Shown in pieces: positions 50,014 through 59,839 of a DNA stretch of 64,000 nt. How positions within the stretch are numbered: the stretch's first letter is position 1; each line of letters starts with the position of its first letter. A model generated the notes under the pieces. The model was not told the DNA's origin. It did not search any database and worked only from the letters and a program-made list of their open reading frames with translations. The stretch spans positions 160,001 to 224,000 of the forward strand of contig CAVXJH010000006.1 of NCBI GenBank assembly GCA_963762115.1, written 5' to 3'. This stretch comes from Candidatus Babeliales bacterium (GTDB taxonomy: Bacteria; Babelota; Babeliae; Babelales; JANWKD01). The position numbers and the translations under genes are program-made.

Positions 50014-52829
50014 GTTCTCACCTCGTTATCTTTAGCGTTATCGATGGGTAAGAACTCCATAATCGATTTTCGTTTTTTTTGTTGAACAGAAGGCCGTTCT
50101 CTTTGTTCATTTTGCGTTATCGCGACCGCATGGGATGACACTGCTGCAGCTTCTTCATCAGCTTCAAGTGCTTTTACGGCACGTGGTTTTTCTTGTTGCA
50201 CAAATTCAATATCTTCTTGTTCAGGTTTTTTTTGTGCTTGTTGTGCTTCTAATTTTTCTTTTTTTGCTTCTTGTTCAACGGCTAATGCATTTACATCTTC
50301 TTCATCTTCTAAATCTTCTTGTTCAAGAGGTTCTTCTAATGGGGCTTGTTCTTCATCTTCTAAGAGTGCGTTTAATTTGTCTATCGAAGACACACAATTT
50401 GATTTAGCCAGACAACGTGGCTCTCGAGCGCAGGTATATTTATCTTTGCACGTTTGACCAGTGCAACGACAACGATAAAGATCACTATCAAAAACATCAT
50501 TTATGCGACAATCAATAACCTTTCCTGGTTCCAAGCAAGGGCTTTGTGGATGCAGGAAGAATTCAACTTTTTCTGTATCTTCATCGGGTCTATCTTTGAA
50601 GAACCAACGATGAATTGGGTCACGTTGTTCATAAGGTTGTCTCATATCACGTAAAGCATTTTTAGAATAATCGGCTTTTTTCACGGTGTAATTGCCAATA
50701 CCGCCTTGAGCCATTGGTTGTACGATTTGTGGTGAAATAAAGACTAATAAATTACTCTTATTTTTTGCTTTATTTTTATTTTTAAAAAACCAACCAAGAA
50801 TGGGAACTTTGCCAAGCAAAGGAACTTCAAAAGTTGCATCACTATTTTGATTTTGTAATAAGCCGCCGATGGCAAGAATTTCTTTATTAGCAACATTTGC
50901 ACTTGTTTTAATTGTTTTAGTATTTCTTGTTGCACTTGTTGCTAGAGCATCAGTAAAGGTATCAACGTCAATTCTAATTTCAAGATTAATTATGCCATCA
51001 TTATTAATTTGTGGGGTAATTTCCACCGTTAAATTTGCTGATAAATCAGCTTGTGTTGCGACCGTAGCATTACTTTGAACCGTACCCGTTGATACACGTC
51101 TCGTTTCACCAAGCGAAACACGTGCGGTAAACTTGTTGGTTGTTGTTAAAAATGGGTATGAGACAAGACTTGAATAGGTATAGGTTTCAAGCATTTTAAA
51201 GAGGGCCCAAACACCACCAGCAATGTTGCCGCCAATAGAAAGTAATGTTGTGCCGGGGTTTTGACCTTGTGCTAATGAAATTAAATCTCCCATAAGTCCA
51301 CCACTTGCATTTGTTATTATTCCTGATGTGCCGCCGCCAGTGATGCCAGAATTTTGAAATTCAACATTTCTTGTTCCTAAGCTGCCACCAAAACCGGGAG
51401 TTTTTGTTCGTATTTGTGATCCTAATGATTTAAGTTTGGTGGTATTAACGTTAACGACCAATACTTCAATAGCAATTTGTGGCTGTTTTACATCGAGTTG
51501 TTCAATGATAGTGCGAACCTTTAAATAATCTTCTTTTTCAGCACGAATAAGCAATCTGTTGCCGGAGGGCTCAGAAATGAATTGCATTTGTCTAAAAAAT
51601 TTATTGCCATCGCGAACGCCGCCATATATTGCAGCTTTTGAGTTAGGAGCAAATGCGGTGACTTGATTGAGAATTTGTGCAATATTATCCGAATTGGCAT
51701 ATTGCAAATCATAAACATAGAGAGGTGAATATGGTTGTTGTAGTTCTGTATCAACATAATTAAGAATAAAATCTTCAACTTTTTCTATGCTTGCGCGGGT
51801 ACCAAGAATAATAAGTGCATTGGTGCGCGGTTCGGCAATAAGTTTTGTATCTTCAGGAAAATAAGCTGTTGTTGATTGTTTTTTTGCGCCGAATAATCGT
51901 GCTGCTATGCCAGTTTTTTGCTCTTCTCGCGCAACAAGATTTTCATAAAGTGATACAACATCTTCGGCATTAGCATGTTTTAATTTTAACACTGAAAGTG
52001 CTTCGGGCATACTAACATTATCAAGTTCGCTGAGTATTGCCATTATTGAACGAATGTTTGATGATTTATCTGAAAAAATTAAAGCATTTAAGTCTTCAAA
52101 AGGTTGTACGATACCACTTTTGCTTTTGAAATCTTGCGCTATGGTGTTAAGTGTTGCCAATTGACTGTTTTCAACAAAATACACAAAACGAATTTTAGTA
52201 TCGTTGTCGGGTAAATCGCGCCACTTAACCCCAATAAAAACGGGAAGTGGTGCTTGATTGGCAACATCAGCAGGTAAAACAGTATAAGAAATAGGATGAC
52301 CATCAAGATATTGATTTGGCACGAGGGTTACACCAAAAAGATCGAGAAAACTTAAAAACAAATCCCAAACTTGACGTTTAGTCATTGATTTTTGTGTTTT
52401 ATAGGTAATAAGATTGCCGGCAACTTTACCTATGGCAGGGGGGGTAAAAGCATCGCCCGTTAAAAAATTAATTTTGAATATTTTTTTTATCCAATCTAAA
52501 AGATTGAGAATATCGGTTTTATCAAGATTAACTTCAATCGTATCATTGATGTTATGTATTGCTTCTCGTGGCATAAGTGAATTTAAATCTTTTTGAAGAT
52601 GAGCTTCATCATGATCATCAATCGTGCCATCTTTTAATTTTTGTACTTCTTTTTCTTCTTTTTTTGCTATTCGTTTTTTTTGTTTTCTTTTTTTTTGACT
52701 CTCAAGAGAATCATGATCAACTTTTTGTTTATTAGTTTCAATTGCACCATGCATGGTAAAGAATGAATGCCACATGATACTATGAAAATAAAGAGTGATT
52801 AAACAAATGAGTAAGGATCTTTTTTTCAT
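50010..52829 (-). CDS. gspD: type II secretion secretin GspD-like (first copy)
   Basis: EPRTNALII, LDVKQPQIAIEV, IGGLL, VPLLGKVPILGWFF, NLLVFISPQI. Confidence 0.88.
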   Translation of the reverse strand: MKKRSLLICLITLYFHSIMWHSFFTMHGAIETNKQKVDHDSLESQKKRKQKKRIAKKEEKEVQKLKDGTIDDHDEAHLQKDLNSLMPREAIHNINDTIEVNLDKTDILNLLDWIKKIFKINFLTGDAFTPPAIGKVAGNLITYKTQKSMTKRQVWDLFLSFLDLFGVTLVPNQYLDGHPISYTVLPADVANQAPLPVFIGVKWRDLPDNDTKIRFVYFVENSQLATLNTIAQDFKSKSGIVQPFEDLNALIFSDKSSNIRSIMAILSELDNVSMPEALSVLKLKHANAEDVVSLYENLVAREEQKTGIAARLFGAKKQSTTAYFPEDTKLIAEPRTNALIILGTRASIEKVEDFILNYVDTELQQPYSPLYVYDLQYANSDNIAQILNQVTAFAPNSKAAIYGGVRDGNKFFRQMQFISEPSGNRLLIRAEKEDYLKVRTIIEQLDVKQPQIAIEVLVVNVNTTKLKSLGSQIRTKTPGFGGSLGTRNVEFQNSGITGGGTSGIITNASGGLMGDLISLAQGQNPGTTLLSIGGNIAGGVWALFKMLETYTYSSLVSYPFLTTTNKFTARVSLGETRRVSTGTVQSNATVATQADLSANLTVEITPQINNDGIINLEIRIDVDTFTDALATSATRNTKTIKTSANVANKEILAIGGLLQNQNSDATFEVPLLGKVPILGWFFKNKNKAKNKSNLLVFISPQIVQPMAQGGIGNYTVKKADYSKNALRDMRQPYEQRDPIHRWFFKDRPDEDTEKVEFFLHPQSPCLEPGKVIDCRINDVFDSDLYRCRCTGQTCKDKYTCAREPRCLAKSNCVSSIDKLNALLEDEEQAPLEEPLEQEDLEDEEDVNALAVEQEAKKEKLEAQQAQKKPEQEDIEFVQQEKPRAVKALEADEEAAAVSSHAVAITQNEQRERPSVQQKKRKSIMEFLPIDNAKDNEVRT

Positions 52830-52842
52830 TTTTATAATCCGT

Positions 52843-53982
52843 TTAAGTTCTAAGTGGTACAGAATTCATAAGCATATTTCTTTGTCTATCACCGGTTGAT
52901 CCGTACTGTACAATATCGCGCTTTTGTCTCATGCGTAACTCGTCTAAAGTTGGTGCAAATTGTTGCCGTTGACGTAAAATTTCGATTCTTTCTGCTTCAA
53001 TCTGCTCGGCTGATTTTATTGGAAGGCCAGAAGTTTCTTTTCCTGGCGTCGTTGCCGTTTTTTCAATTGATTGTAACGTGTAGTGTAGCATAATTTCTTG
53101 ATTATTTCTCATGAGAGTAATGTTGATAGTATCGCCATTATTCATAGCAATTATTTTTTGATAGATTTCGAATCGCGAATCGGTTGTAGTAGAAGGAATA
53201 TTGTTAATTGAGGTAATAATATCACCTTGTTGTAATCCTAAGGCAAGACCTATTGATTTGGGCTGCAAAGCGCCAACGCGGCAACCAATACTTTTACCTT
53301 GCTTATACACAGTAATTAAATTAAATGAGTCAATACACTGACTTAAATTCGAAATGTGTTTTATAAAACTCATTGGATCAACTGCATAGGAATTTTCTCC
53401 CGTTTTTTGTACAACTGAGGTCCAATCATTTGGAGCAAGTAATTGTTGATCAAGTTCTGCATCATATTGATTAACATATAGTGTTTCTTGTTGACCATTT
53501 GAACGGATGAGGATTATTTTATTTCTTAAAATTCTAATTAATTGAGCATCTTCAATTTTATCGCCAATCATATAATTTTTTGCCGTAGTTGATTTTGTGT
53601 CTTGAATAATGGCGATATTTTCTGTTTCATTATTCAAGGTAATGATTCCCTTAAGCGTGATTTGAAGGGGTTCTAGAAATTTTGGTGGCGATGCAATAGG
53701 CACTCTTACCGGTTGTGGCATTGGTGGTTCAGGAATGGCGATTCTTGTTTCAACGGGAGCAAGTATAGGAGAAGGTTGTTGATACGTGCCAAAAAGATCA
53801 TTCATATAAATCTTACTTAAATCAAGTCCTGAAACATCTTTTTTAGGAGGTTTAACCTCGGATTCTGGTTTTAAGCCTGCACGCTTTGGCATTGTTGGCG
53901 CAGACAACATTATAAAGCCTATAACGATAAAAAATAACAATAATAATGCGTCATTAAGCAGCCAAAAGGGATGTTTCATCAA
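52843..53982 (-). CDS. gspC: type II secretion protein GspC with PDZ domain
   Basis: N-terminal TM, HR domain (LKGI..AII..GDKI..GQQETL), PDZ (LGLQQGDIITSIN). Confidence 0.8.
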   Translation of the reverse strand: MMKHPFWLLNDALLLLFFIVIGFIMLSAPTMPKRAGLKPESEVKPPKKDVSGLDLSKIYMNDLFGTYQQPSPILAPVETRIAIPEPPMPQPVRVPIASPPKFLEPLQITLKGIITLNNETENIAIIQDTKSTTAKNYMIGDKIEDAQLIRILRNKIILIRSNGQQETLYVNQYDAELDQQLLAPNDWTSVVQKTGENSYAVDPMSFIKHISNLSQCIDSFNLITVYKQGKSIGCRVGALQPKSIGLALGLQQGDIITSINNIPSTTTDSRFEIYQKIIAMNNGDTINITLMRNNQEIMLHYTLQSIEKTATTPGKETSGLPIKSAEQIEAERIEILRQRQQFAPTLDELRMRQKRDIVQYGSTGDRQRNMLMNSVPLRT

Positions 53983-54109
53983 ACTTTCCTTTTTTTGATT
54001 TTATTCTCAAACAATAACCCTGTTGTCTTAATCTTGTCAAGCGGAAATTTGGTGTTTGATTTTTGGCGATTAATTCTTGCGAATGATTTCATAAAATGTA
54101 TCCCAATAT

Positions 54110-55096
54110 CTATGGTACCGGAATAGTATTGAGAATGCTTTTAATAATATCATCAGAACTTATTGATTGCATATCTGCTTCATACGTTAAAATGATTCTA
54201 TGTCGTAACGCAGGTATCGCAACGGCTTTTACATCGTCAGGAGTTACAAAATGTCGATTTTTTAAATAAGCATGTGCTTGAGCGGCAGCATATAAAGTGA
54301 GACTTGCTCGGGGAGAAACACCATAAGAAATAAGTGGTTTTATATGCATTAAATCAAATTTTTCTGGTGATCGTGTTGCAAAAATTATGGCAACAATATA
54401 ATCAACAATTTTTTCATCAACATAGATTTGTTTCACTAATGCTTGTTGGGCAAGAATTTCTTCTTTTGATAGTTGTTGCACAATAGCAGTAAGTAGTGAT
54501 GATTTTTTTATAATTTCTTTTTCTTGCGCCATCGTTGGATACGTGACTAAGAGTTTGAACATGAATCTATCAATTTGTGCTTCTGGCAAACGATACGTGC
54601 CTTCTTGTTCAAGAGGATTTTGTGTTGCAAACACCAAAAATGGTTTATCAAGATGAAAGGTTGTTGAACCAATAGTTACTTGCTGTTCTTGCATTGCTTC
54701 AAGTAGCGCAGCTTGCACCTTTGCAGGCGCACGATTAATTTCATCGGCCAAAATTAAGTTTGCAAAAATTGGCCCCTTTTTAATTTCAAAATCTTGTAAT
54801 TTAGGATTATAAATTAAAGTTCCAATAAGATCTGCTGGTAATAAGTCTGGGGTGAATTGAATGCGTTGGAATGATAACCCAAGTGCTTTGGTAATTGCTT
54901 TGATCATCGTTGTTTTTGCAACACCAGGAACGCCTTCTAAGAGGACATGTCCTTCGCATAACATACTAATAATGATAAACGTAATTATATCAGTATGACC
55001 TACAACAACTTTTGCAACTTCATTAATCAAATGATTAAATCGTGGTTCTTGTTTTATTTGTTCGGCAATGGTAACGGGTGTAATATAAGTTTCCAT
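54110..55096 (-). CDS. MoxR family AAA+ ATPase
   Basis: HVLLEGVPGVAKT, RIQFTPDLLPAD, DEINRAPAKVQ, ATQNP. Confidence 0.95.
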   Translation of the reverse strand: METYITPVTIAEQIKQEPRFNHLINEVAKVVVGHTDIITFIIISMLCEGHVLLEGVPGVAKTTMIKAITKALGLSFQRIQFTPDLLPADLIGTLIYNPKLQDFEIKKGPIFANLILADEINRAPAKVQAALLEAMQEQQVTIGSTTFHLDKPFLVFATQNPLEQEGTYRLPEAQIDRFMFKLLVTYPTMAQEKEIIKKSSLLTAIVQQLSKEEILAQQALVKQIYVDEKIVDYIVAIIFATRSPEKFDLMHIKPLISYGVSPRASLTLYAAAQAHAYLKNRHFVTPDDVKAVAIPALRHRIILTYEADMQSISSDDIIKSILNTIPVP

Positions 55097-55248
55097 TGTT
55101 GATACCCTTATTAAAAAAAGTTATGCATAAAATAGATTAAATAAGTGTATCAAGGTTAACTAATTCTTACAAGACGGGTTTTTCATGCATAGAAAATGAT
55201 ATTTCGATGCACTATCAGTTATTTGTTATTGCTAAATTTCTAACTTTT

Positions 55249-58155
55249 TTATTGAATTTTTGTTAGCTGTTCTTTTAAAGATGCAATCTTTGATTTAATG
55301 AATCCTACTTCTTGCTTTTTGTTATCTTTAAGCTGTTTTAAAAGAGTTTTGATTGTTGCTTTAACTTTAGCAGTTAATTGTGTATTTTTTTCATCGTCTT
55401 CTAAAACTGTTTCATATATATGAGTAACTTTTTTAATTAATGTATCCCATAATTTTTTAATGTTTTTTAATAAGGTAATTTCTGCTGTTGCAAAATCTTT
55501 ATTGGAACGAGGTAATTTTTTTCTGAAATCTTCTGACATATTTTTAAACAACATAATCTCGTCAACAAATTCTTTGTTCGTGCTTTCAGTAGGTTTTTTC
55601 AATAATGTTCTGAAAGTTTTTTTTAATTTTTTTTGAACTTCAGAGAGTTGGGTTACTTGTTTTTGAGCTGAAAAAACTTTTTTTAATTTTTTTTGCATTG
55701 CATGAGGTAATTCTGGCTCTAATTGTTCCACAAGGGGGTATAATTCAGCGCGTCTTTTTTGCATAATTTTTTTTATAAGTTGTAATTGCTCTTCCTGATT
55801 TAATAACAAAATATCTTTTTGAATGAGTGGATAAAAAATTTTCGAATCAAATTTAATTATTAGTTTAAAAAAACTAAATACTTTTTTCTTATTTTTGGGG
55901 TTATAGGATTTTTCTAGTACGAAAAAAAGATCATTATTAGCATTCTTTAAAATATATTTTGATAAAATTTGGCTAAAATTTGGAAATTCTTTTTGTACTA
56001 AGGGGTAAAATTCAGAAACTTTAAAATTGATACTATCTTGTAAAACTAATTGCTGATTTTCTTTTGAAAGTTTAGAGAATGAATTTTGTGCAACATCATA
56101 AAGCTCTTGAACATGGTTTTCTAATATTAATTTAAATAACGCTGGAGAATTTGATGCGATATTTTTTTGTATAAATTCTTCAATAATAGCATAAAGTTTT
56201 TTTCTTTTATTAAGGATAATTTTTTTTGCAAATAACAAAGTATCTTCAATGCCAAGAAATGGTGTTATAGCTTTTAATAAGGGGTGTATTTTTGAGGTGA
56301 ATAGTGGGTCTTGCGATAAAGTAATAAGCCAAATCTGTGCTTCTTCAATGTTGAATAAAAGTATATTTGTTATTTTATTATTATTGATAAAATCTTGATA
56401 ATGAGATGGATTAGGTTCGAAATTGCTTATCAGAGATGAAAAGTTTATTTGATATTGTTTAATAATTTTTAACAATGAGGTAAGATAACAGTGTGCAGGT
56501 TCAAAAGCTAATGAAAATATTGGGTTATGGTTGTGTTTGAAGGTAATAATCACATTATTTAAATTTTTAGTATCCAACGAAGCACTTGGTTCCCAAGTGA
56601 GATTTAATTGTTGTGCGCAAGAGCATAGAGTATCAAATTTCTCTTCGAGTGAAAGATTTTCAAAAGTCGAAGCATTGCCAAACATGCAGTAACTAATAAC
56701 GTTCATAACATTGTCAGCACTTGTTGTCATTTCACAAATAGGTTTTTCCTCAGGTTTATTATATATGACTCCTGAGCGTTCAGATACAACTTTATTCCAA
56801 GCATTATGCACTTTTAGAAATTGTGCTTTTAAAGGATCAGAATGTTGAAGATAAAAATTATTGAATTTTTTATCAAAAACGACCCCTTTTTTAATAAGAT
56901 CTTCATTAAGCGTAAGTTTAAAATTAAATAAATTTGGATTAAACATAATACTATTAATAAGGTTTCGTATTGCTGTTTCGACACAATCAGGAAATTTTAT
57001 ATTTTTATACTTTGATTCTGCAACACTATCAATTAAAGGTGGTAGTAGGTTATCCCAAATAGTTGATGCAAAGAGAAAAAAGACCGTTTTCTCGTAATCT
57101 TGCAAAACATTCTTTATCGTGATATCAGGTGAAAATGATGTTTTTAAGTATTCAAAATCATTTCGTGTATATGGAAGTAATGTTAAATAGGTTTGAAGTG
57201 CTTTTTCATCAAAAACTTCAGTATCAATTTGATAATGATCTTTAAAATTTTTTATAAAAAGAATAAGAGGGTCTTTAGATTCCATAATTTTCCATAAAAA
57301 TGATAAAAAAATCTGTTGGATGGTAAATGGTGGATATTGGTTTTTCTTTGATAAATTTTCATCGAAAGCATTAATGATGTGATGTATGAGATCATGTAGA
57401 TTTTTCTTTGATAAATCTTCTTTATAAAGTTGTTCATGTATTTTTTTTATGTCTGGTTTTTTTTCTAGCTGAATCAATGAACCATATTGCTTGGTTAATT
57501 TTTTTTGTTTCTTATATTTTTTTGTTAATTTTGCAGCAATACTCATAAATATATTTTTTGGAGCATCTTTTTGTTGTTCTTTAAGTGTTATTATATTGTT
57601 ATTTATTTTTTTTAAACGTATTAGATGAGCAAAATCTTCTGAAGAATTTATTGCACTTTTTACTATTTCTTCTTTTGTTATTTTAGCTGCATAATATAAA
57701 TCTTTAAAATGAATATCGCTTTTTATGCTTGTTTTAAGTTTCATAAAAAGCTCTTTTTTTATTTCTTCAGTTAATGAACTATCTTTTGTGTAAGGCTCCA
57801 AAATCGCCAGAATAATACCAATTGTTGACTCTTTAAAATAACGCGCTGGGTTTCTGTTTAAGGTCGTTATATCAAAGGTAACAAGATCTCTTTGTAAATA
57901 AAAAAGATTTCTTAAAAGTTGTATGGTGGCATGTTGCTTATTGCCATTTTTATATAAATTTTCAATAACATGATTATCCCACCAAAGAGCACCTTGTACT
58001 AAAGAAAGATGTTTATAATTTTCATGCACAATTGCATCAAGCCCATGAATGTCGGTGATTGAAAGTTCAGATTTAACACTTGTAACGTTGATTAAAAAAC
58101 AAAGGAAAAATATTTTTAATATGTTTTTTTGTGTGGTGATTTGAATGTTTTTCAT
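55249..58155 (-). CDS. large secreted hypothetical protein with FPDCVET motif
   Basis: 968 aa, signal peptide, central FPDCVETAIRNL...HNAWNKVV domain, helical C-terminus. Confidence 0.75.
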   Translation of the reverse strand: MKNIQITTQKNILKIFFLCFLINVTSVKSELSITDIHGLDAIVHENYKHLSLVQGALWWDNHVIENLYKNGNKQHATIQLLRNLFYLQRDLVTFDITTLNRNPARYFKESTIGIILAILEPYTKDSSLTEEIKKELFMKLKTSIKSDIHFKDLYYAAKITKEEIVKSAINSSEDFAHLIRLKKINNNIITLKEQQKDAPKNIFMSIAAKLTKKYKKQKKLTKQYGSLIQLEKKPDIKKIHEQLYKEDLSKKNLHDLIHHIINAFDENLSKKNQYPPFTIQQIFLSFLWKIMESKDPLILFIKNFKDHYQIDTEVFDEKALQTYLTLLPYTRNDFEYLKTSFSPDITIKNVLQDYEKTVFFLFASTIWDNLLPPLIDSVAESKYKNIKFPDCVETAIRNLINSIMFNPNLFNFKLTLNEDLIKKGVVFDKKFNNFYLQHSDPLKAQFLKVHNAWNKVVSERSGVIYNKPEEKPICEMTTSADNVMNVISYCMFGNASTFENLSLEEKFDTLCSCAQQLNLTWEPSASLDTKNLNNVIITFKHNHNPIFSLAFEPAHCYLTSLLKIIKQYQINFSSLISNFEPNPSHYQDFINNNKITNILLFNIEEAQIWLITLSQDPLFTSKIHPLLKAITPFLGIEDTLLFAKKIILNKRKKLYAIIEEFIQKNIASNSPALFKLILENHVQELYDVAQNSFSKLSKENQQLVLQDSINFKVSEFYPLVQKEFPNFSQILSKYILKNANNDLFFVLEKSYNPKNKKKVFSFFKLIIKFDSKIFYPLIQKDILLLNQEEQLQLIKKIMQKRRAELYPLVEQLEPELPHAMQKKLKKVFSAQKQVTQLSEVQKKLKKTFRTLLKKPTESTNKEFVDEIMLFKNMSEDFRKKLPRSNKDFATAEITLLKNIKKLWDTLIKKVTHIYETVLEDDEKNTQLTAKVKATIKTLLKQLKDNKKQEVGFIKSKIASLKEQLTKIQ

Positions 58156-58254
58156 TGCAAAATAACCTCTTTGATAAAAAAAATAATATTTTGTAATGAA
58201 TATATCTAAAATATAAAAATAAAATCAATAAAAACAATTAACGCTAATGCATCA

Positions 58255-59325
58255 TCAATGAGATAGTAAACAATACGCTGCGCCATATAAACTAATCTTT
58301 GGTTCAGTGATAACAAATATTGGCATATCGAGCAGCATTGCTTTCATAAAAGGATGTTGACAACCAAAAAGCTGTTCAAAGAATTCAGGTGTTGCAAACA
58401 ATGAACTATGCTTTATAGCAATTGCATTCGTAATATAAATGCCGCCATGAGGCAGAACTGCATATGCCATATTTCTGATTAATCGAGCATATAGTTTCAA
58501 ATAAAAATCAACAGCATCTTTGCATTGCTCGTCACTCGATGCATGAGTAAAAATCGCATCAGCATTTTTTGTCTCAAGCGTTGAATTATACTCTTTTTTG
58601 GTGTCGACAAAATCATAGGCTGCAACAATACCGCCTGTTGAACCAAGAATTTTTCCCCAAGTAATGATGTTTTCATCGATTCTTTTTTTCAAGAATGCAA
58701 TATATTCGAGTTCTTTAAGTGTTTGCGGGGCAAAATCCATATAACAAGCACCTAAAGGGAGAATGGTAGAGCTGCTTTGTTGTGGATTTTGAGTAAGTAA
58801 AGCAGACCCTAACCCTGCGCCTGCACCAATAATAAGTTTTGGTGCATTATTGCGCATAATGCCTTTGTTGATTTGAATGAGATTGCTTTCGTCAAGGGCA
58901 TTAATCCCATATGCTTGCACTTCAAAATCATTAATAACTAACACATGTTTTATTATATTTTTTTCAATAAGTTCATGACCATCAACAGCAAAAGTTAAAT
59001 GGGGTGATTGAATGAACATACGATCTTCTGAGGTGTTACCGGGGACGCCAAAACAGGCACGAGTGATGGTAATATCATTTTCATTTTTAAGACCTTCAAG
59101 GATATGTTGCATAAAATCACTAAAATGAGTGATCGAGGCTGTAGGATAGTATAAAGTCATAACATGCTCAGCTTTATTTTCATTAATTTGAAAAATACCA
59201 AGCTCAGTTTCATAGCGGCCAATATTTCCACCCATGATATATTCAGATTTAACTAAGTTGGCGTTAGTTAGTATGCCTAAAAGACTGAATACAAAAACTT
59301 TCCAGTTCATATTTTTTTCTTTCAT
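58255..59325 (-). CDS. glucokinase-family protein with signal peptide
   Basis: ACFGVPG, INDFEVQAYG, GAGAGLG, GGIYI, LYGAA. Confidence 0.8.
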   Translation of the reverse strand: MKEKNMNWKVFVFSLLGILTNANLVKSEYIMGGNIGRYETELGIFQINENKAEHVMTLYYPTASITHFSDFMQHILEGLKNENDITITRACFGVPGNTSEDRMFIQSPHLTFAVDGHELIEKNIIKHVLVINDFEVQAYGINALDESNLIQINKGIMRNNAPKLIIGAGAGLGSALLTQNPQQSSSTILPLGACYMDFAPQTLKELEYIAFLKKRIDENIITWGKILGSTGGIVAAYDFVDTKKEYNSTLETKNADAIFTHASSDEQCKDAVDFYLKLYARLIRNMAYAVLPHGGIYITNAIAIKHSSLFATPEFFEQLFGCQHPFMKAMLLDMPIFVITEPKISLYGAAYCLLSH

Positions 59326-59410
59326 TAAAATTGCATGAAATGTTCTTGAAAAGAGTAGCTTGAAACAAGCGAATTGTATACTCTATTGTTATAAAGTTAA
59401 TGGTGAATAA

Positions 59411-59839
59411 GTGAAAAACTATAGGGGTAAAATAGTGAATTTTCGTGCATTTAAACAAAATAAATTATGGAGAGATAAAGCAGTTGATATGACTGAAGCA
59501 AATGGCTCTAGAGTTCATTGGGAAAGGTTAAATGATGTTGAATTTTCTGAGCAATTAAAAATAAAATTTATGGAAGAAGCGCATGAGGTTTGTGCAGCAA
59601 AAACTAAAGAAGCATTGGTCGAAGAGCTTGCTGATATTTTAGAAGTTATTGGCTCACTATGTGAAGCTCATGATTTTACTTTACAGGATATTATGAATGC
59701 GCAATCCAAAAAACATCAAGAACGTGGTGGATTTGGTGGTCGAAAGTTTGTTACTCATGCAGAACATGAAGTTGGTAGTTTTGGAGAAAAATATTGTTTA
59801 GCTGATCCTGAAAAATATCCAGAAATTGAAAGTTATTAA
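59411..59839 (+). CDS. all-alpha NTP pyrophosphohydrolase (MazG/HisE superfamily)
   Basis: KLWRDK, KFMEEAHE, EELADILEV, ERGGF. Confidence 0.85.
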   Translation: MKNYRGKIVNFRAFKQNKLWRDKAVDMTEANGSRVHWERLNDVEFSEQLKIKFMEEAHEVCAAKTKEALVEELADILEVIGSLCEAHDFTLQDIMNAQSKKHQERGGFGGRKFVTHAEHEVGSFGEKYCLADPEKYPEIESY

